Shown here piece by piece: positions 24,899 through 35,281 of a stretch of DNA of 64,000 nucleotides. The stretch's first letter is position 1; every line of letters begins with the position of its first letter. The notes beneath the pieces were generated by a model. That model made no database searches. It was not told where the DNA came from and saw nothing but the letters and a program-made list of their open reading frames with translations. The position numbers were made by a program, and so were the translations under genes. Source of the stretch: a virus (taxonomy: Duplodnaviria > Caudoviricetes). The DNA is taken from the IMG/VR virus record IMGVR_UViG_3300025913_000019; one strand, 5' to 3'.

Positions 24899-25399
24899 GT
24901 GAGCAGACGCAGAAGAACAAAGGCCATGAGCTACGGCGCGCTCGCGGCGGCGCTACCAAAGCGCAACACGAGTATCGCCGACAGCATCAAGCACGCGGTT
25001 GCGAAGTACTACGTGGGCAAGATGCGGATGTGCTTCTTCGAGATCGGCCTGGTCCCTGGTGGCAGACTCCGGGCCGATGTCCTTGCTCTGGCGATGAACG
25101 GCTACCTCGTCATCGTCGAAGTCAAGTCGTCGGTCGCTGACTTCCGGGCCGACAAGAAGATGGACCAGTACGAGGAGTACTGCAACCAAAGTTACGTGGC
25201 GATGCCGCAGGCCGTTTACGCAAAGGTTAAAGAGAAGGTCCTCCCAGGCTGGGGCGTCTTCATCATGACCGACGACGGTACTCGAATCCTGAAGGTGAAG
25301 GGCGCCAAGCCCTTTGAAGTTGAACCGGAGACCGCAAGAAGTCTCTACATCCGTGCCGCGTTCCGGTCTGCGGATACGAACGCGGCGAAGAGCAAGTAA
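24899..25399 (+). CDS. mmcB: MmcB-family PD-(D/E)XK endonuclease (start may be 24926)
   Basis: EIGL...RADVLAL...IVEVKSSVADFRADKK...Y..YC. Confidence 0.85.
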   Translation: MSRRRRTKAMSYGALAAALPKRNTSIADSIKHAVAKYYVGKMRMCFFEIGLVPGGRLRADVLALAMNGYLVIVEVKSSVADFRADKKMDQYEEYCNQSYVAMPQAVYAKVKEKVLPGWGVFIMTDDGTRILKVKGAKPFEVEPETARSLYIRAAFRSADTNAAKSK

Positions 25400-25614
25400 A
25401 CCTCTCACGAGGTGCTTCATGTTCACACGCCACCACCGTCCGACGCCCTCTGTTCTGGAGGCGCGACGTGAACGTCACCACCGCAAACAAGCGCTGCTCC
25501 GTGTGAGGCTGCGCGAAGAGTTTGTCGCTTTGATCGATGCCTTCCGCTCGGATCGTGTCGAAGATCGCTTCGATACTCCACGCAGCCTATACCTCTGACA
25601 GCATAGGAAGACCC

Positions 25615-27531
25615 ATGTTCCCCAAGAATCGTGTGACCGCCGTGACCTCCAAGGGCGAGATCAAGACCACCGCAGACATCCCGGCGCAGAATCAAGTGCA
25701 GGCCTCGATCGGCGGCTCCAGCGGCACGTTCGGCACCTCGAACGTGAGCACGCAGTTCTACGCGGCCTCGCAATACAACTACCTGTTCTCCGGTCTGCTG
25801 CCTGCGACCCCGGACATCCCGGACTCGACGGCGCTGCAGTACTTCTACCGCGATATGTACCTGCACGACAACGTCGCAGGTTCGGCCATCGACATCCAGA
25901 GCGTGTTCCCGTTCAGTGACTGGGAGCTGCTGGGTCTCGAAGACCACGAGAAGGACGTGTTCGATTCGGCGCTGGCTCGCCTGAACCTGCAAGAGCTGAT
26001 GCCGCAGCTCAGCGTCGCGTACCTGACCGACGGCTTCTTCTGCGGCTCGCTCATCTACGACGCGGGTGCGAAGAACTTCATGGACATCCTGATCCACGAC
26101 GCGCTGCAGTGCGGCGTGAGCCCGAGCCCGCTCAACAACGTCGACCCGACTGTTCGCGTCAGCGTCAGCGGTCCGACGCTGCGCTTCCTCGACAGCGCCA
26201 CGGACTACGCCAAGGCCTACATCCGAACCATGCCGAAGGCGTTCGTGAATCTGCTGCGCGAGGGCTCGTTCGTCCTCGACCCGATCACGACGCTGTGGCT
26301 GGGCCGCCGCGGTCTCACGGATCGCGCGTACCAGTCGTACCTGCATCGCATCCTGCCGATGTACCTGATCGAGAAGACGATGTTCCGCGGCACGCTGATC
26401 GAAGCGCAGCGCCGCCAACGCGCCATGAGCCACATCACGGCCGGCGACGACATCTGGACTCCGACTGGTCAGGAGCTGCAAGCTCTGGTCCAGCAGTTCA
26501 TGGATGCCGAGAAGGACCCGCTCGGCGGCTGGCTGTCGACCCGCAACGCGGTGCAAGTCCAGGACCTTCGCCCCGGTGGCGACTTCTGGAAGTGGACCGA
26601 CATGGTCGACGTCATGAACAACTACAAGTACCGTGGCCTCGGCATCAGTGAAGCGCTGCTCAGCGGTGACGCGTCGTATGCAGCGGCCGAGTCGGCGTAC
26701 TCGACGTTCCTGGAGTCGACCAACGCGTATCGCACGCACCTGACCAACTCCATCTTCTACAAGAAGCTGTTCCCGCTCATCGCGATCTCGAACGAGATGT
26801 TCCGTGACCCGGCGAAGCGGAAGAAGACCGACAGCCTGGTCGACTTCATGTTCAACGCGTCGAACCGGCAGAACCTGAAGATCCCTGTCCTGCACTGGCA
26901 CAAGGACCTGACCGCGAAGTCGGAAGAGAACATGATGGACATGCTCGAGAAGGTCGAGCAGCACGGCGTGCCGGTGCCGCTGAAGATGTGGCTCGCGGCC
27001 GCCGGCGTCGACAAGGACACGCTGATCCGTGACGCGCGCGAGAACGAAGAGATCCGCAAGGAAATCTCGAAGTACATGAAGCTGCCTGACAACGTCGCGA
27101 ACAACGGCGAAGGCGGCGATGACATGAGCGGCGACGGCTCGGGCAACGACGAGTTCGGTGACGGTGGTGGCTCGGGTGACGACAGCCTGGCGCCGACGCA
27201 AGGTCAGAAGGCCGACGCGACTCAGCTGGCATCGGCTCTCCGGTCGAAGGTGCTGACGTCTACGTCTGCGAAGACCGGCCTCGGTAACTGGACGAAGGGC
27301 ATCCTGAACCGCGAGTTCACGCACGAGGAGTTCACCGAGACCGTGACCGGGAAGAAGAAGCACATCCCGTCGGCGGCACAGCCGCGCATGAAGGCGCGCG
27401 ACATGAATGCCCGCATCGCACGGCTGGCCGCGCAGGTCGAAGCGAGCCCGCACTATCGTCGCAAGCTCGCGGCCGAGAACCAGAAGCGCGGCATCGGTAT
27501 GCTGCGTGGTCTCCCCGGCACCGGCCTCTGA
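25615..27531 (+). CDS. Portal protein
   Basis: Size, head-module context, portal-like core (YRDMYLHD..AG; GISEALLSGDASYA); AGGAAG before ATG 25615. Confidence 0.75.
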   Translation: MFPKNRVTAVTSKGEIKTTADIPAQNQVQASIGGSSGTFGTSNVSTQFYAASQYNYLFSGLLPATPDIPDSTALQYFYRDMYLHDNVAGSAIDIQSVFPFSDWELLGLEDHEKDVFDSALARLNLQELMPQLSVAYLTDGFFCGSLIYDAGAKNFMDILIHDALQCGVSPSPLNNVDPTVRVSVSGPTLRFLDSATDYAKAYIRTMPKAFVNLLREGSFVLDPITTLWLGRRGLTDRAYQSYLHRILPMYLIEKTMFRGTLIEAQRRQRAMSHITAGDDIWTPTGQELQALVQQFMDAEKDPLGGWLSTRNAVQVQDLRPGGDFWKWTDMVDVMNNYKYRGLGISEALLSGDASYAAAESAYSTFLESTNAYRTHLTNSIFYKKLFPLIAISNEMFRDPAKRKKTDSLVDFMFNASNRQNLKIPVLHWHKDLTAKSEENMMDMLEKVEQHGVPVPLKMWLAAAGVDKDTLIRDARENEEIRKEISKYMKLPDNVANNGEGGDDMSGDGSGNDEFGDGGGSGDDSLAPTQGQKADATQLASALRSKVLTSTSAKTGLGNWTKGILNREFTHEEFTETVTGKKKHIPSAAQPRMKARDMNARIARLAAQVEASPHYRRKLAAENQKRGIGMLRGLPGTGL

Positions 27532-27535
27532 GCGC

Positions 27536-27544
27536 CAATTTTAT
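27536..27544 (+). promoter_or_regulatory. Motif B (CAATTTTAT)
   Basis: Intergenic, ~50 nt before the next gene. Confidence 0.55.
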
Positions 27545-27595
27545 GGCAACCGCGGGCCCTTGATTGGGCCCGCCCTCCTTCAACCTGGAGTCCAC

Positions 27596-27853
27596 ATGAA
27601 GCTCAATGCGAAGTCTCGCCTGCAGGCTGACGATGCAGCAGCCGACGCCGACAAGAAGGCGAAGGAGAACATCGACAAGCGGATCGAGAACAACAAGCAG
27701 AAGGTCGAGCACCTGAAGCACTCGATGCCGAGCCGCGAGAACCGGCAGTCCGAGAACCAATTCCAACGCAACACGACCGAGAAGCAGATCAACCGCACGA
27801 AGGAGGAAAACTCCGACCTGCGGCTCCGCAAGTCTCAGATCGGGAACCACTGA
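27596..27853 (+). CDS. Small coiled-coil protein
   Basis: GGAG SD; MKLNAKSRL N-terminus. Confidence 0.7.
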   Translation: MKLNAKSRLQADDAAADADKKAKENIDKRIENNKQKVEHLKHSMPSRENRQSENQFQRNTTEKQINRTKEENSDLRLRKSQIGNH

Positions 27854-27854
27854 C

Positions 27855-28115
27855 ATGTTCGCCTACCTCCTGGATGCCCGGATCAAACCGGAGTCCGCAT
27901 ACGAGTTCTTCACCTACCAAGGTGCAAAGCCGGTGACGGTCGACTTCCGTGGCAAGCCGATCACCATCAAGCAGGGCACGCGCTTCGGCGTCCGCCCGAG
28001 CTCGAATGGCAAGCACATCCGGCTCGTGTTTCCTCAAGACCAGACGCGCGTCATCACCATCGACCTGCCGACTGCCGAGCAGCTGGCCAAGGGCGTGAAG
28101 CGGGAGTCGAAATGA
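27855..28115 (+). CDS. Hypothetical protein
   Basis: Coupled ORF. Confidence 0.7.
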   Translation: MFAYLLDARIKPESAYEFFTYQGAKPVTVDFRGKPITIKQGTRFGVRPSSNGKHIRLVFPQDQTRVITIDLPTAEQLAKGVKRESK

Positions 28116-28537
28116 CCATCCACTCCGTCGGCATTCAGTACGACCAGATGAATGGCGACGTGGAGGTGCAGGTGCTGCGGGATCTCATGATCCTGCAAGG
28201 CACCTTCGGCAACGTGTGGGTCAACGACCCGGCCGGCAAGATGGACCCCGAGATGCTGAAGCGTATCGGAGTCAGCCGCACGTCCGATGCACCGGAGCTC
28301 ATCATCAACTACAAGGTGGGCTCCGAGTTCCTCCCCGTCGACCCCAACATGGAAGTCGTCGAGCGTGACCTGTCGCCACCGAACGGTGCGCCGACCCTCG
28401 ATGGTTCGGAGCGACCTGGCTACTACCTGAAGCCGCAAGGGCGCGACTGCACGAACTTCACCGAGCTGTACCTCAACCGTGCCCACCCGCGGGGCAACGG
28501 CGTGACTGATCCCCTGGTCATCTATCTGTGGTCCTAA
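28112..28537 (+). CDS. Hypothetical protein
   Basis: ATGA overlap. Confidence 0.7.
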   Translation: MTIHSVGIQYDQMNGDVEVQVLRDLMILQGTFGNVWVNDPAGKMDPEMLKRIGVSRTSDAPELIINYKVGSEFLPVDPNMEVVERDLSPPNGAPTLDGSERPGYYLKPQGRDCTNFTELYLNRAHPRGNGVTDPLVIYLWS

Positions 28538-28646
28538 GGCTGCTCCTGTTTTAAGGACGGCCTCCACAGCCTCATATCCTGGCGATTGGCTGTCGTCTGT
28601 GATTCACACTTCAGCCATTCTCGCTCTCAACTTCGCAGAGCAAACA

Positions 28647-29492
28647 ATGCCCTCCATCAACGATTACCTCGGTGTAGCGTCCTCCCTGAAAGGTACAGGG
28701 CTGACGCTCGCCAACCAAGTTGCACAAGGCAACGTCGAAGGCGGTGTCGCAGGCGCCATCGGATCGGTTCAGACACTGTCCGGCAGCCTCGGTTCCTTCG
28801 GCGGCACAAGCCTCGGCGATGACTTCGCTGGCATCAACGCGCGCGGCGATGCCGTGCAGTCGTGGTGCTGGTACGCCGTCATGCCTGACATCTCGAACAC
28901 GAGCGCTCTCAACGCCGGCGTCGTCTCTGGCACGAACGTGGGTGCCCCGCTGGTCGGTCTGCCCTGGTACTACGTGCAGACGGCCAACCTCCCGATGCGC
29001 CAGTTCGGCCTCGACACGATCAAGCGCAATGGCCACAGCGTGCACTATGCTCAAGGCTACGAAGTTGGGACGCTGAGCCTGGGCCTCTTCATGGACTCGA
29101 GCTCGAAGGCGCATCAGTACCTCAAGGCCTGGCAGGGTCTCGTCCTCGCCAACACGAATCCGAAGTCGGTCCAGAACCAGGGCAACTGGGGCTATCCGGC
29201 CGACTACAAAAAGGACATCGTCATCGTCGTCCTCTCGGTCGACAAGAAGGTGCTGCTGAACGTCAAGCTCATCAACTGCTGGCCGTCGGAGCCGACCGCC
29301 ACCGAGCTGACGAGCGGTGAGGCCACACCACTTGTCCAGACGGTAACTTTCGTCGTCGAGGATGTCGACATCACTGTAAATAACGACCGGGGTCTGCTGG
29401 ATACCCTGACCAGTACTGCGACCGGATACGCAACTTCGGCCCTGACTGGCGCCCTGAATTCCCAGCTCAACGACATCATCACGAACTTCTAA
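28647..29492 (+). CDS. Tail-tube-fold baseplate protein (gp54/gp19-like)
   Basis: VQTANLP...YAQGYEVGTLSLGLF...YLKAW...INCWP...VTF. Confidence 0.7.
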   Translation: MPSINDYLGVASSLKGTGLTLANQVAQGNVEGGVAGAIGSVQTLSGSLGSFGGTSLGDDFAGINARGDAVQSWCWYAVMPDISNTSALNAGVVSGTNVGAPLVGLPWYYVQTANLPMRQFGLDTIKRNGHSVHYAQGYEVGTLSLGLFMDSSSKAHQYLKAWQGLVLANTNPKSVQNQGNWGYPADYKKDIVIVVLSVDKKVLLNVKLINCWPSEPTATELTSGEATPLVQTVTFVVEDVDITVNNDRGLLDTLTSTATGYATSALTGALNSQLNDIITNF

Positions 29493-29494
29493 CC

Positions 29495-30628
29495 ATGACA
29501 GACTTCACCGCACCGCAACCGACACCTGGCTTCGAGTTCCCTGCGTCGATGAACGCGGATGTCATCGATGCAAAGCTGAAGCAGGGCATCCACAACCCGG
29601 TCGACTCGATGGCGAGGCCGAAACTCGAGTCCGTCAGGCCCGAGCGTCGCAAGCCCGTGATTCCCGAAATGGCGGCGCCACCGACGGTCATGCAAGCACC
29701 CGAAGCCGTGCGTCAACAAACGCAGGCGCTGGTGCAGCAGGCGCGCAAGATCGTGGACTCGGGCATCCAGCCCTTCATGATCGACAACGAGCACCCGCCG
29801 ATCACTCCGATCTCGGACCCGAACTACACGTCGATCGACCTGCCGTCGAAGTTCGTGTACTACCCGTTCAAGGACCTATACATCAAGCCGTTCCGGGTCA
29901 CGCACCTGGCGAAGTTGGCGAAGGCCAACGAAGTCGACTCGATGCAGCTGGTCTGCGAGGTCGTGTCGTCGGTGCTAATGACGCCGCAGGGCCACAAGAA
30001 CATCGGCTTCGGCCTCTCGGTCAACGACTTCAACGCGATCCTGTACTGGCTGCGGGCTCACAGCTTCGAGAAGCAGACGATGCGTGTCGTCACGCACTGT
30101 CAGAATCCGAAGCACCACGCGCTGGTCATCGACGGCAAGCTCCAGAAGGAGACGCTGAAGTCGGAGTCGGTGCACGACGTGTCGAAGCTCGTGACCAACT
30201 ACCTGCACAAGATCCCGGACCCCGAGGTCTACCACATCATGGTCACGCTCGGCAACGGAGAGACCAAGCGTGTCGATCTCCGGCCCGAGACCATGATGGA
30301 CAGCATCGAGTTCCTGGACGATCCGCGGTTCATCGACGAGGAGTTCCAGTACCTGGCGCGCATCGCCTCGATGCTGGACCTGGACACGCCGTTCCCGCTC
30401 ACCGCGGAGAAGGCAGGTGATCCGACTCGCTGGACGCTGCAGTCGAAGATCCAGGTGGTCGAGGAGTACCTGACCAACGAGCAGTGCCTGCTGGTGCTGC
30501 AATTCTCGGACCTCGTCGACGAGTTCGGCGTGGATGAACTGGTCGAAGTCAAGTGCAAGGAGTGCGGACACGTCGAGCTTACCAAGCTGACGATCGACGC
30601 ACGTACCTTTTCTGCCCCGCGTTTCTAG
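29495..30628 (+). CDS. Baseplate hub/tail assembly chaperone (gp26-like)
   Basis: IKPFRV...DFNAILYWLR; C-terminal CKEC. Confidence 0.7.
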   Translation: MTDFTAPQPTPGFEFPASMNADVIDAKLKQGIHNPVDSMARPKLESVRPERRKPVIPEMAAPPTVMQAPEAVRQQTQALVQQARKIVDSGIQPFMIDNEHPPITPISDPNYTSIDLPSKFVYYPFKDLYIKPFRVTHLAKLAKANEVDSMQLVCEVVSSVLMTPQGHKNIGFGLSVNDFNAILYWLRAHSFEKQTMRVVTHCQNPKHHALVIDGKLQKETLKSESVHDVSKLVTNYLHKIPDPEVYHIMVTLGNGETKRVDLRPETMMDSIEFLDDPRFIDEEFQYLARIASMLDLDTPFPLTAEKAGDPTRWTLQSKIQVVEEYLTNEQCLLVLQFSDLVDEFGVDELVEVKCKECGHVELTKLTIDARTFSAPRF

Positions 30629-30644
30629 CTCGGAGCTTCAGTGG

Positions 30645-30791
30645 ATGAAGCGCAGCATCGCTCAGGAGCTGCACCTCAACGCTGAGGACATGCTATCGTC
30701 CGACCTCTTCTACTACACGGGCTTCGTCAAAGACGTGTGGAAGAAGAAGGCTGAGGCGGCGAAGAACGGGGAGCTCTACATCGGAGGTTGA
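30645..30791 (+). CDS. gp51-like small ORF or frameshift extension of the upstream gene
   Basis: Frame open 30591-30791; GGAG SD before ATG 30645; ends 2 nt before the next ATG. Confidence 0.6.
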   Translation: MKRSIAQELHLNAEDMLSSDLFYYTGFVKDVWKKKAEAAKNGELYIGG

Positions 30792-30792
30792 G

Positions 30793-32727
30793 ATGGCCAA
30801 GAAAGTCAAGGGTCCGTCGACAGCGGCGCGACCCGGACAGAAGCGGTCGGTTGCTGCGAACCAGGCGACTGATCGCCTGAAGAAAGCGCAGGACCTGTAC
30901 GACGAGGTCGAGTCCAACCCGCAAGGCCCTGACCTCAAGCACTTGATCTCGCAGGTGAAGGGTCTGGCCGAACAGCAGTCGAAGCAAGAGCAGCGGCTGA
31001 CCAAGAAGCAGATCAAGAACCTGAAGACCGAGCTGGATCGCGAGGCACAGCTGCAGGCGCGCAAGGAGAAGCTGCTGCAGGCCGAAGCCGAAGTCGCTGC
31101 TGAAGAGGCCGCCGAGAAGGAACAGGAGCTCAAGGAGCGCGAGGACGATCTCAAGACTGAGAAGGTCGAGCTGCCCAAGGCGAAGAAGGAAAAGGAGAAG
31201 AAGAAAAAGAAGGAGAAGGAGGTCTCCGACTTCGACAAGGCGCTCACCGACTTCCGGACCATGCTGGACAAGAAGCGCAAGAGCCTCCAGACGCTCAGCG
31301 GCAAGGACACGTCGAAGCTGAAGGCGGCGCTCCTTGGCCTGTGGCAGCTGTACCAGAAGCTGAAGACGAAGGTCAACGATCCCGACGGGTCGAAGCTCGC
31401 AGCCGCTGACAAGCACGGCAACGTCGACGAGATGCTGAAGGACTACAAGCGCGAGATCGACGCGATGGACCTCATGGCCCAGCGCAACGATCGCCAGCTT
31501 GCGGCTCACAAGGCCCGTCACCCGGACGCGAAGCCGACGGGCTACGACGACCTGTACCAGTCGAAGTTCTCCAAGTTCCTGGCTCTCGGGCGCGACGAGA
31601 AGGGTGGCGCGAGCCTCAGCCGGTCGATGATGAAGGCCGCTGCCATGTTCGGTCGCAGCCTCCAGAACAGCGCATCGAAGCTGAAGCCTTCGGAGCTCTA
31701 CGGGTCTGGCGTCAGCTGGGCTCTGAGCAAGGCAGGATCGAATCCGAAGGCGATCAATGCGATCCTCAAGGTCGACAAGAGCCTGCGCTGGGTTGGTGAG
31801 AACGTCAAGGACCTGGGCATCTCGACGGCGCAGTGGTTGCACAAGTCGATGTCGGACATCTTCGGCTACCTCAAGCGCAAGTGGAGCTCGCTCTCCAGCG
31901 GTGAGGGCATGGGTGCGCTGGGCAAGCTCGTCGGCCTCGGTGCTCTCTTCACGTCGCTGATCCAACCGCTGCTCGACGGCATCAATACCGAACTCGAGAA
32001 GCGGTACGGCAAGGACTACATCCAGACGTTCATCAAGAGCCTGTGGGCAAGTGCCAAGTCGTGGCTCATCGACGGGCTGAAGAACTTCTTCCTCGGCGGC
32101 AAGAAGCTGGCTGACATGAAGCCCGGGACCCCGGAGTACAGCGCTAAGCTGATCCAGGGTGAGATGAACCCGATGAAGACCAGCAAGCCGAAGTACTTCG
32201 CGACCAACTGGGCTGCCTCGCAGTCCAACGCGAAGCAGGAAGAGCTGCTGCAGGACTACGTCGACAACTACAACAACGAGACGGACCCGGTCGACAAGCA
32301 AGGCTTCCTCAACGCTCTGCAGTTCTTCGTCGCTGGCGGCAACGGCATCAACCTCAAGACGGTGCGAGCGCCGCTCTACGACCAGATCAAGGCCACGGGC
32401 ATCGATGTCTCGCACATCAAGCGCGGTGGAGCCACGACCGAACGCATGCCGGCTGCAGCTGCTCCTGCCACCGCGTTCTCGTCTCCGATCCGTGCTGCAG
32501 GTGTTGCCAATCCTGTCGTGAGCCGCGGTGCCGGCGCGGCCGTGAAGGCAACAGCTCCTGCCGTGACTGCACCGGTGGCGCCTAAGACGGTGGCTCCGCC
32601 TTCCGGTCAACGTGCTGGCGCATCGTCCCCTGGCGTCGGTCCTGGTCTCGGCAACGCCAACATCTCGAACAAGGGTGTTCGGGATGATCTGCATCTCATC
32701 AATGGAGGCACGCTCGTCGCGCACTAA
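30793..32727 (+). CDS. Coiled-coil tail protein (tape-measure-like)
   Basis: Helical K/E-rich sequence, hydrophobic central segment, tail-module position. Confidence 0.55.
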   Translation: MAKKVKGPSTAARPGQKRSVAANQATDRLKKAQDLYDEVESNPQGPDLKHLISQVKGLAEQQSKQEQRLTKKQIKNLKTELDREAQLQARKEKLLQAEAEVAAEEAAEKEQELKEREDDLKTEKVELPKAKKEKEKKKKKEKEVSDFDKALTDFRTMLDKKRKSLQTLSGKDTSKLKAALLGLWQLYQKLKTKVNDPDGSKLAAADKHGNVDEMLKDYKREIDAMDLMAQRNDRQLAAHKARHPDAKPTGYDDLYQSKFSKFLALGRDEKGGASLSRSMMKAAAMFGRSLQNSASKLKPSELYGSGVSWALSKAGSNPKAINAILKVDKSLRWVGENVKDLGISTAQWLHKSMSDIFGYLKRKWSSLSSGEGMGALGKLVGLGALFTSLIQPLLDGINTELEKRYGKDYIQTFIKSLWASAKSWLIDGLKNFFLGGKKLADMKPGTPEYSAKLIQGEMNPMKTSKPKYFATNWAASQSNAKQEELLQDYVDNYNNETDPVDKQGFLNALQFFVAGGNGINLKTVRAPLYDQIKATGIDVSHIKRGGATTERMPAAAAPATAFSSPIRAAGVANPVVSRGAGAAVKATAPAVTAPVAPKTVAPPSGQRAGASSPGVGPGLGNANISNKGVRDDLHLINGGTLVAH

Positions 32728-32730
32728 ACC

Positions 32731-34278
32731 ATGAGCATCATCGATTCGATTCGTATGAGTCAACGACGGCAGGCCATGCTTGCTTCAGGAGCAGCCGTCG
32801 AAATGCTGGCCCCGACTGCCGTCGCCGGACTCGTCGTCTCGATCGGTGATGTGATGCAGAACGGCAAGTCGATCCAGTATCAGCGTATGCTGAACTCGGC
32901 CTTCAAGAAGATCAAGCATGCGGTCCTGGTCGCGAACCGCGACAAGGCGGTGCCGAAGTTGGCGCTCGAAGCCGAAGAGTCGGAGGCGATGGAGACCTTG
33001 ATCGGCGCCGTCAAGTCTGGCTTCAGCACTGCGATCGAGACCCTGTGCGAAGGTCTGTTCTCGTTCATCCCGTTCGCAATCGAGACCGTGGTAGCCCCAC
33101 TCTTCACGCTTGCGAGCTGGACTATCGCGGCTGTGCTGCCCCTGATCCTGACGCCTGAAGGGCTGGCCGTCGTTGGCACCATCGCCCTCGGCACCTTCTT
33201 CTACAAGCGCTGGAAGGCTTGGGAGTCGGGCGAATCTGAAGGGGAGTACAAGCCGGCCGAGCCACAGGTGCCGAGCCTGCGTGCGTTCCAACCGAGCGCA
33301 GCTGGTGTCCCTCCTTCGACCGCGGCTGAAGCGCCGATGACAGGTCTCGAAGCACGTGGCTTCAGGAACAACAACCCGGGCAATCTTCGATACGCGCAGC
33401 AGCCCGGAGCCCTGCCTCAGTCGGGACCGTTCGCGCAGTTCGCGACACAGGGTCAAGGGCTCTACAACCTGGGGCGACAGATCGAGCTGAACTACAGTCG
33501 TGGCACCAACACCGTGACCTCGATGATCTCGACGTGGGCACCGGCGACCGAGAACAAGACCAAGGAATACATCGCCGACGTGTCGCAGCGCATGAACGTC
33601 AAGGCCGATGACAAGCTGGATCTTGGCAAGCAAGAAGTGCTGGCAGCGCTGATGAAGGCGATCATCATCCATGAGAACGGCTCGTGCCCGTACTCGGATG
33701 CACAGATTGCGGAGGCAGCTGCACAGGCCCTGGGCTTTGCGGCCAACGGCTACAAGGATCAGGGTGAGACCGATGTCCGACTCGTGTATCCGACGAGCGG
33801 TGTCATCTCGTCTCCTTTCGGTCATCGTGAGAAACCGATTGAAGGCGCGTCGACAGAGCACCAAGGTGTCGACATCGCGGGTTCTGAGGGTACTGCCGTG
33901 GTTGCGGCCGCAGCAGGTACGGTGGAAGTGGAGCGGGAGTCGAGCTCCTACGGCAATTTCATCCAACTCAAACACGCCAGCTTCTGGACTCGCTATGGTC
34001 ACCTCTCTGCCTTCAACGTCAAGCAGGGCGAAGCCGTTGTCGCCGGACAGAAGATCGGCACCATGGGCTCCACCGGCGTTAGCACCGGAGCCCACCTCCA
34101 CTTCGAAGTCCAACCCTTCACGTCAACGCATCCTGTCGATCCTGCGACCTACCTTGCGTCCCTCGGGCGTGGCTCACACGTGGCCGCTTCCGAGGTCAAG
34201 CCCGCTCCGATAGCTGTTGCGCCAAGCGACAAGCTGTTCATCAAGCAGGGCGACCGCATCATCACTCTGAACTCTTGA
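32731..34278 (+). CDS. Virion peptidoglycan hydrolase: lysozyme-like plus M23 peptidase
   Basis: RGFRNNNPGNLR; HQGVD...YGN...YGHL...STGAHLHFEV. Confidence 0.85.
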   Translation: MSIIDSIRMSQRRQAMLASGAAVEMLAPTAVAGLVVSIGDVMQNGKSIQYQRMLNSAFKKIKHAVLVANRDKAVPKLALEAEESEAMETLIGAVKSGFSTAIETLCEGLFSFIPFAIETVVAPLFTLASWTIAAVLPLILTPEGLAVVGTIALGTFFYKRWKAWESGESEGEYKPAEPQVPSLRAFQPSAAGVPPSTAAEAPMTGLEARGFRNNNPGNLRYAQQPGALPQSGPFAQFATQGQGLYNLGRQIELNYSRGTNTVTSMISTWAPATENKTKEYIADVSQRMNVKADDKLDLGKQEVLAALMKAIIIHENGSCPYSDAQIAEAAAQALGFAANGYKDQGETDVRLVYPTSGVISSPFGHREKPIEGASTEHQGVDIAGSEGTAVVAAAAGTVEVERESSSYGNFIQLKHASFWTRYGHLSAFNVKQGEAVVAGQKIGTMGSTGVSTGAHLHFEVQPFTSTHPVDPATYLASLGRGSHVAASEVKPAPIAVAPSDKLFIKQGDRIITLNS

Positions 34279-34285
34279 GGGACCT

Positions 34286-35272
34286 ATGGGCATCCTTGAC
34301 CAATGGAGTGCGGCTTCGCGCTCTGCGATCGCAGGCGTGAAGGCGAGCCTTCCATCCAACAACAGCGGGTCGAGCACAACCGACCCGATGTTGATGACAT
34401 CGAATCGCAAGTATCTGATCCAGATCACTCAGGCGCAGGACATCGCGACTGTCGGCACGCAGGGCCAGCCCCTGATCGTCGTCGGTCAGGTGCCCGAAGA
34501 ACTGCAGATGGATCAGTCGGTGAACTGGAAGGCGCCGTGGGGTGCAGGTCTCGCTGGCGACGGCACGACCAGCGACCTGCTGGCTGTCACCATGGGCACA
34601 CGCCTGCTGGCGCAGGTGCAGACGCTGCAGGTCTGGCAGGGCTCCGGCAACGACATTGACTTCACGGTCACGCTCGAGTTCCGGGCCTGGTCGGATGTCG
34701 ACCGCGATGTCATGATCCCGATGCAGAACCTGCTGGCCATGAGCGTCCCCAGCGTCGACCCGTCGACCGGCTGGCTTCGGAGTCCGGGTCCGATCCTCGA
34801 TGCGGCGGCCGTCAAGGCTATCGGTCAGGGCGCGGTCTCTGTCGTCTCCGACCTCGTTGACGCCGGTACGAACGCGGCCACGAAGGCACTGACCGATGGC
34901 CAGGGTTACTCCAAAGCTGTCGTCTCCACGTTCCAAGCCGTGGGCTCGAAGGCCGGACAGAAGCTGCGTGCTGCCAAGGGCGAGCTCGAACAGCTGCTGA
35001 AGAACAAGATCGAGGTTCGCATCGGCGACTGGTTCCGCATGAGCAACGTCGTGGTCACGAACGTGCAGAACACGATGAAGCCGCAGCAGCCGGGACCCAA
35101 CGGCGGTATCATGGCCGGTACGTCGACCGTGACCTTCCGACCCATGTTCGCGATCACGACCGACGACATCCAGTCGATCCTCATGACCGCGGGTGCACGT
35201 CAGCTCAACAACGGGTCGCAACGGTCGAACAGCTTCCTGTCCCTCGGCGGTGGCGGACCTTCCTTCTTCTAA
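34286..35272 (+). CDS. Baseplate tail-tube cap-like protein (gp48-like)
   Basis: VWQGS...FTVTLEF pattern; context. Confidence 0.55.
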   Translation: MGILDQWSAASRSAIAGVKASLPSNNSGSSTTDPMLMTSNRKYLIQITQAQDIATVGTQGQPLIVVGQVPEELQMDQSVNWKAPWGAGLAGDGTTSDLLAVTMGTRLLAQVQTLQVWQGSGNDIDFTVTLEFRAWSDVDRDVMIPMQNLLAMSVPSVDPSTGWLRSPGPILDAAAVKAIGQGAVSVVSDLVDAGTNAATKALTDGQGYSKAVVSTFQAVGSKAGQKLRAAKGELEQLLKNKIEVRIGDWFRMSNVVVTNVQNTMKPQQPGPNGGIMAGTSTVTFRPMFAITTDDIQSILMTAGARQLNNGSQRSNSFLSLGGGGPSFF

Positions 35273-35281
35273 GGCCAGACC

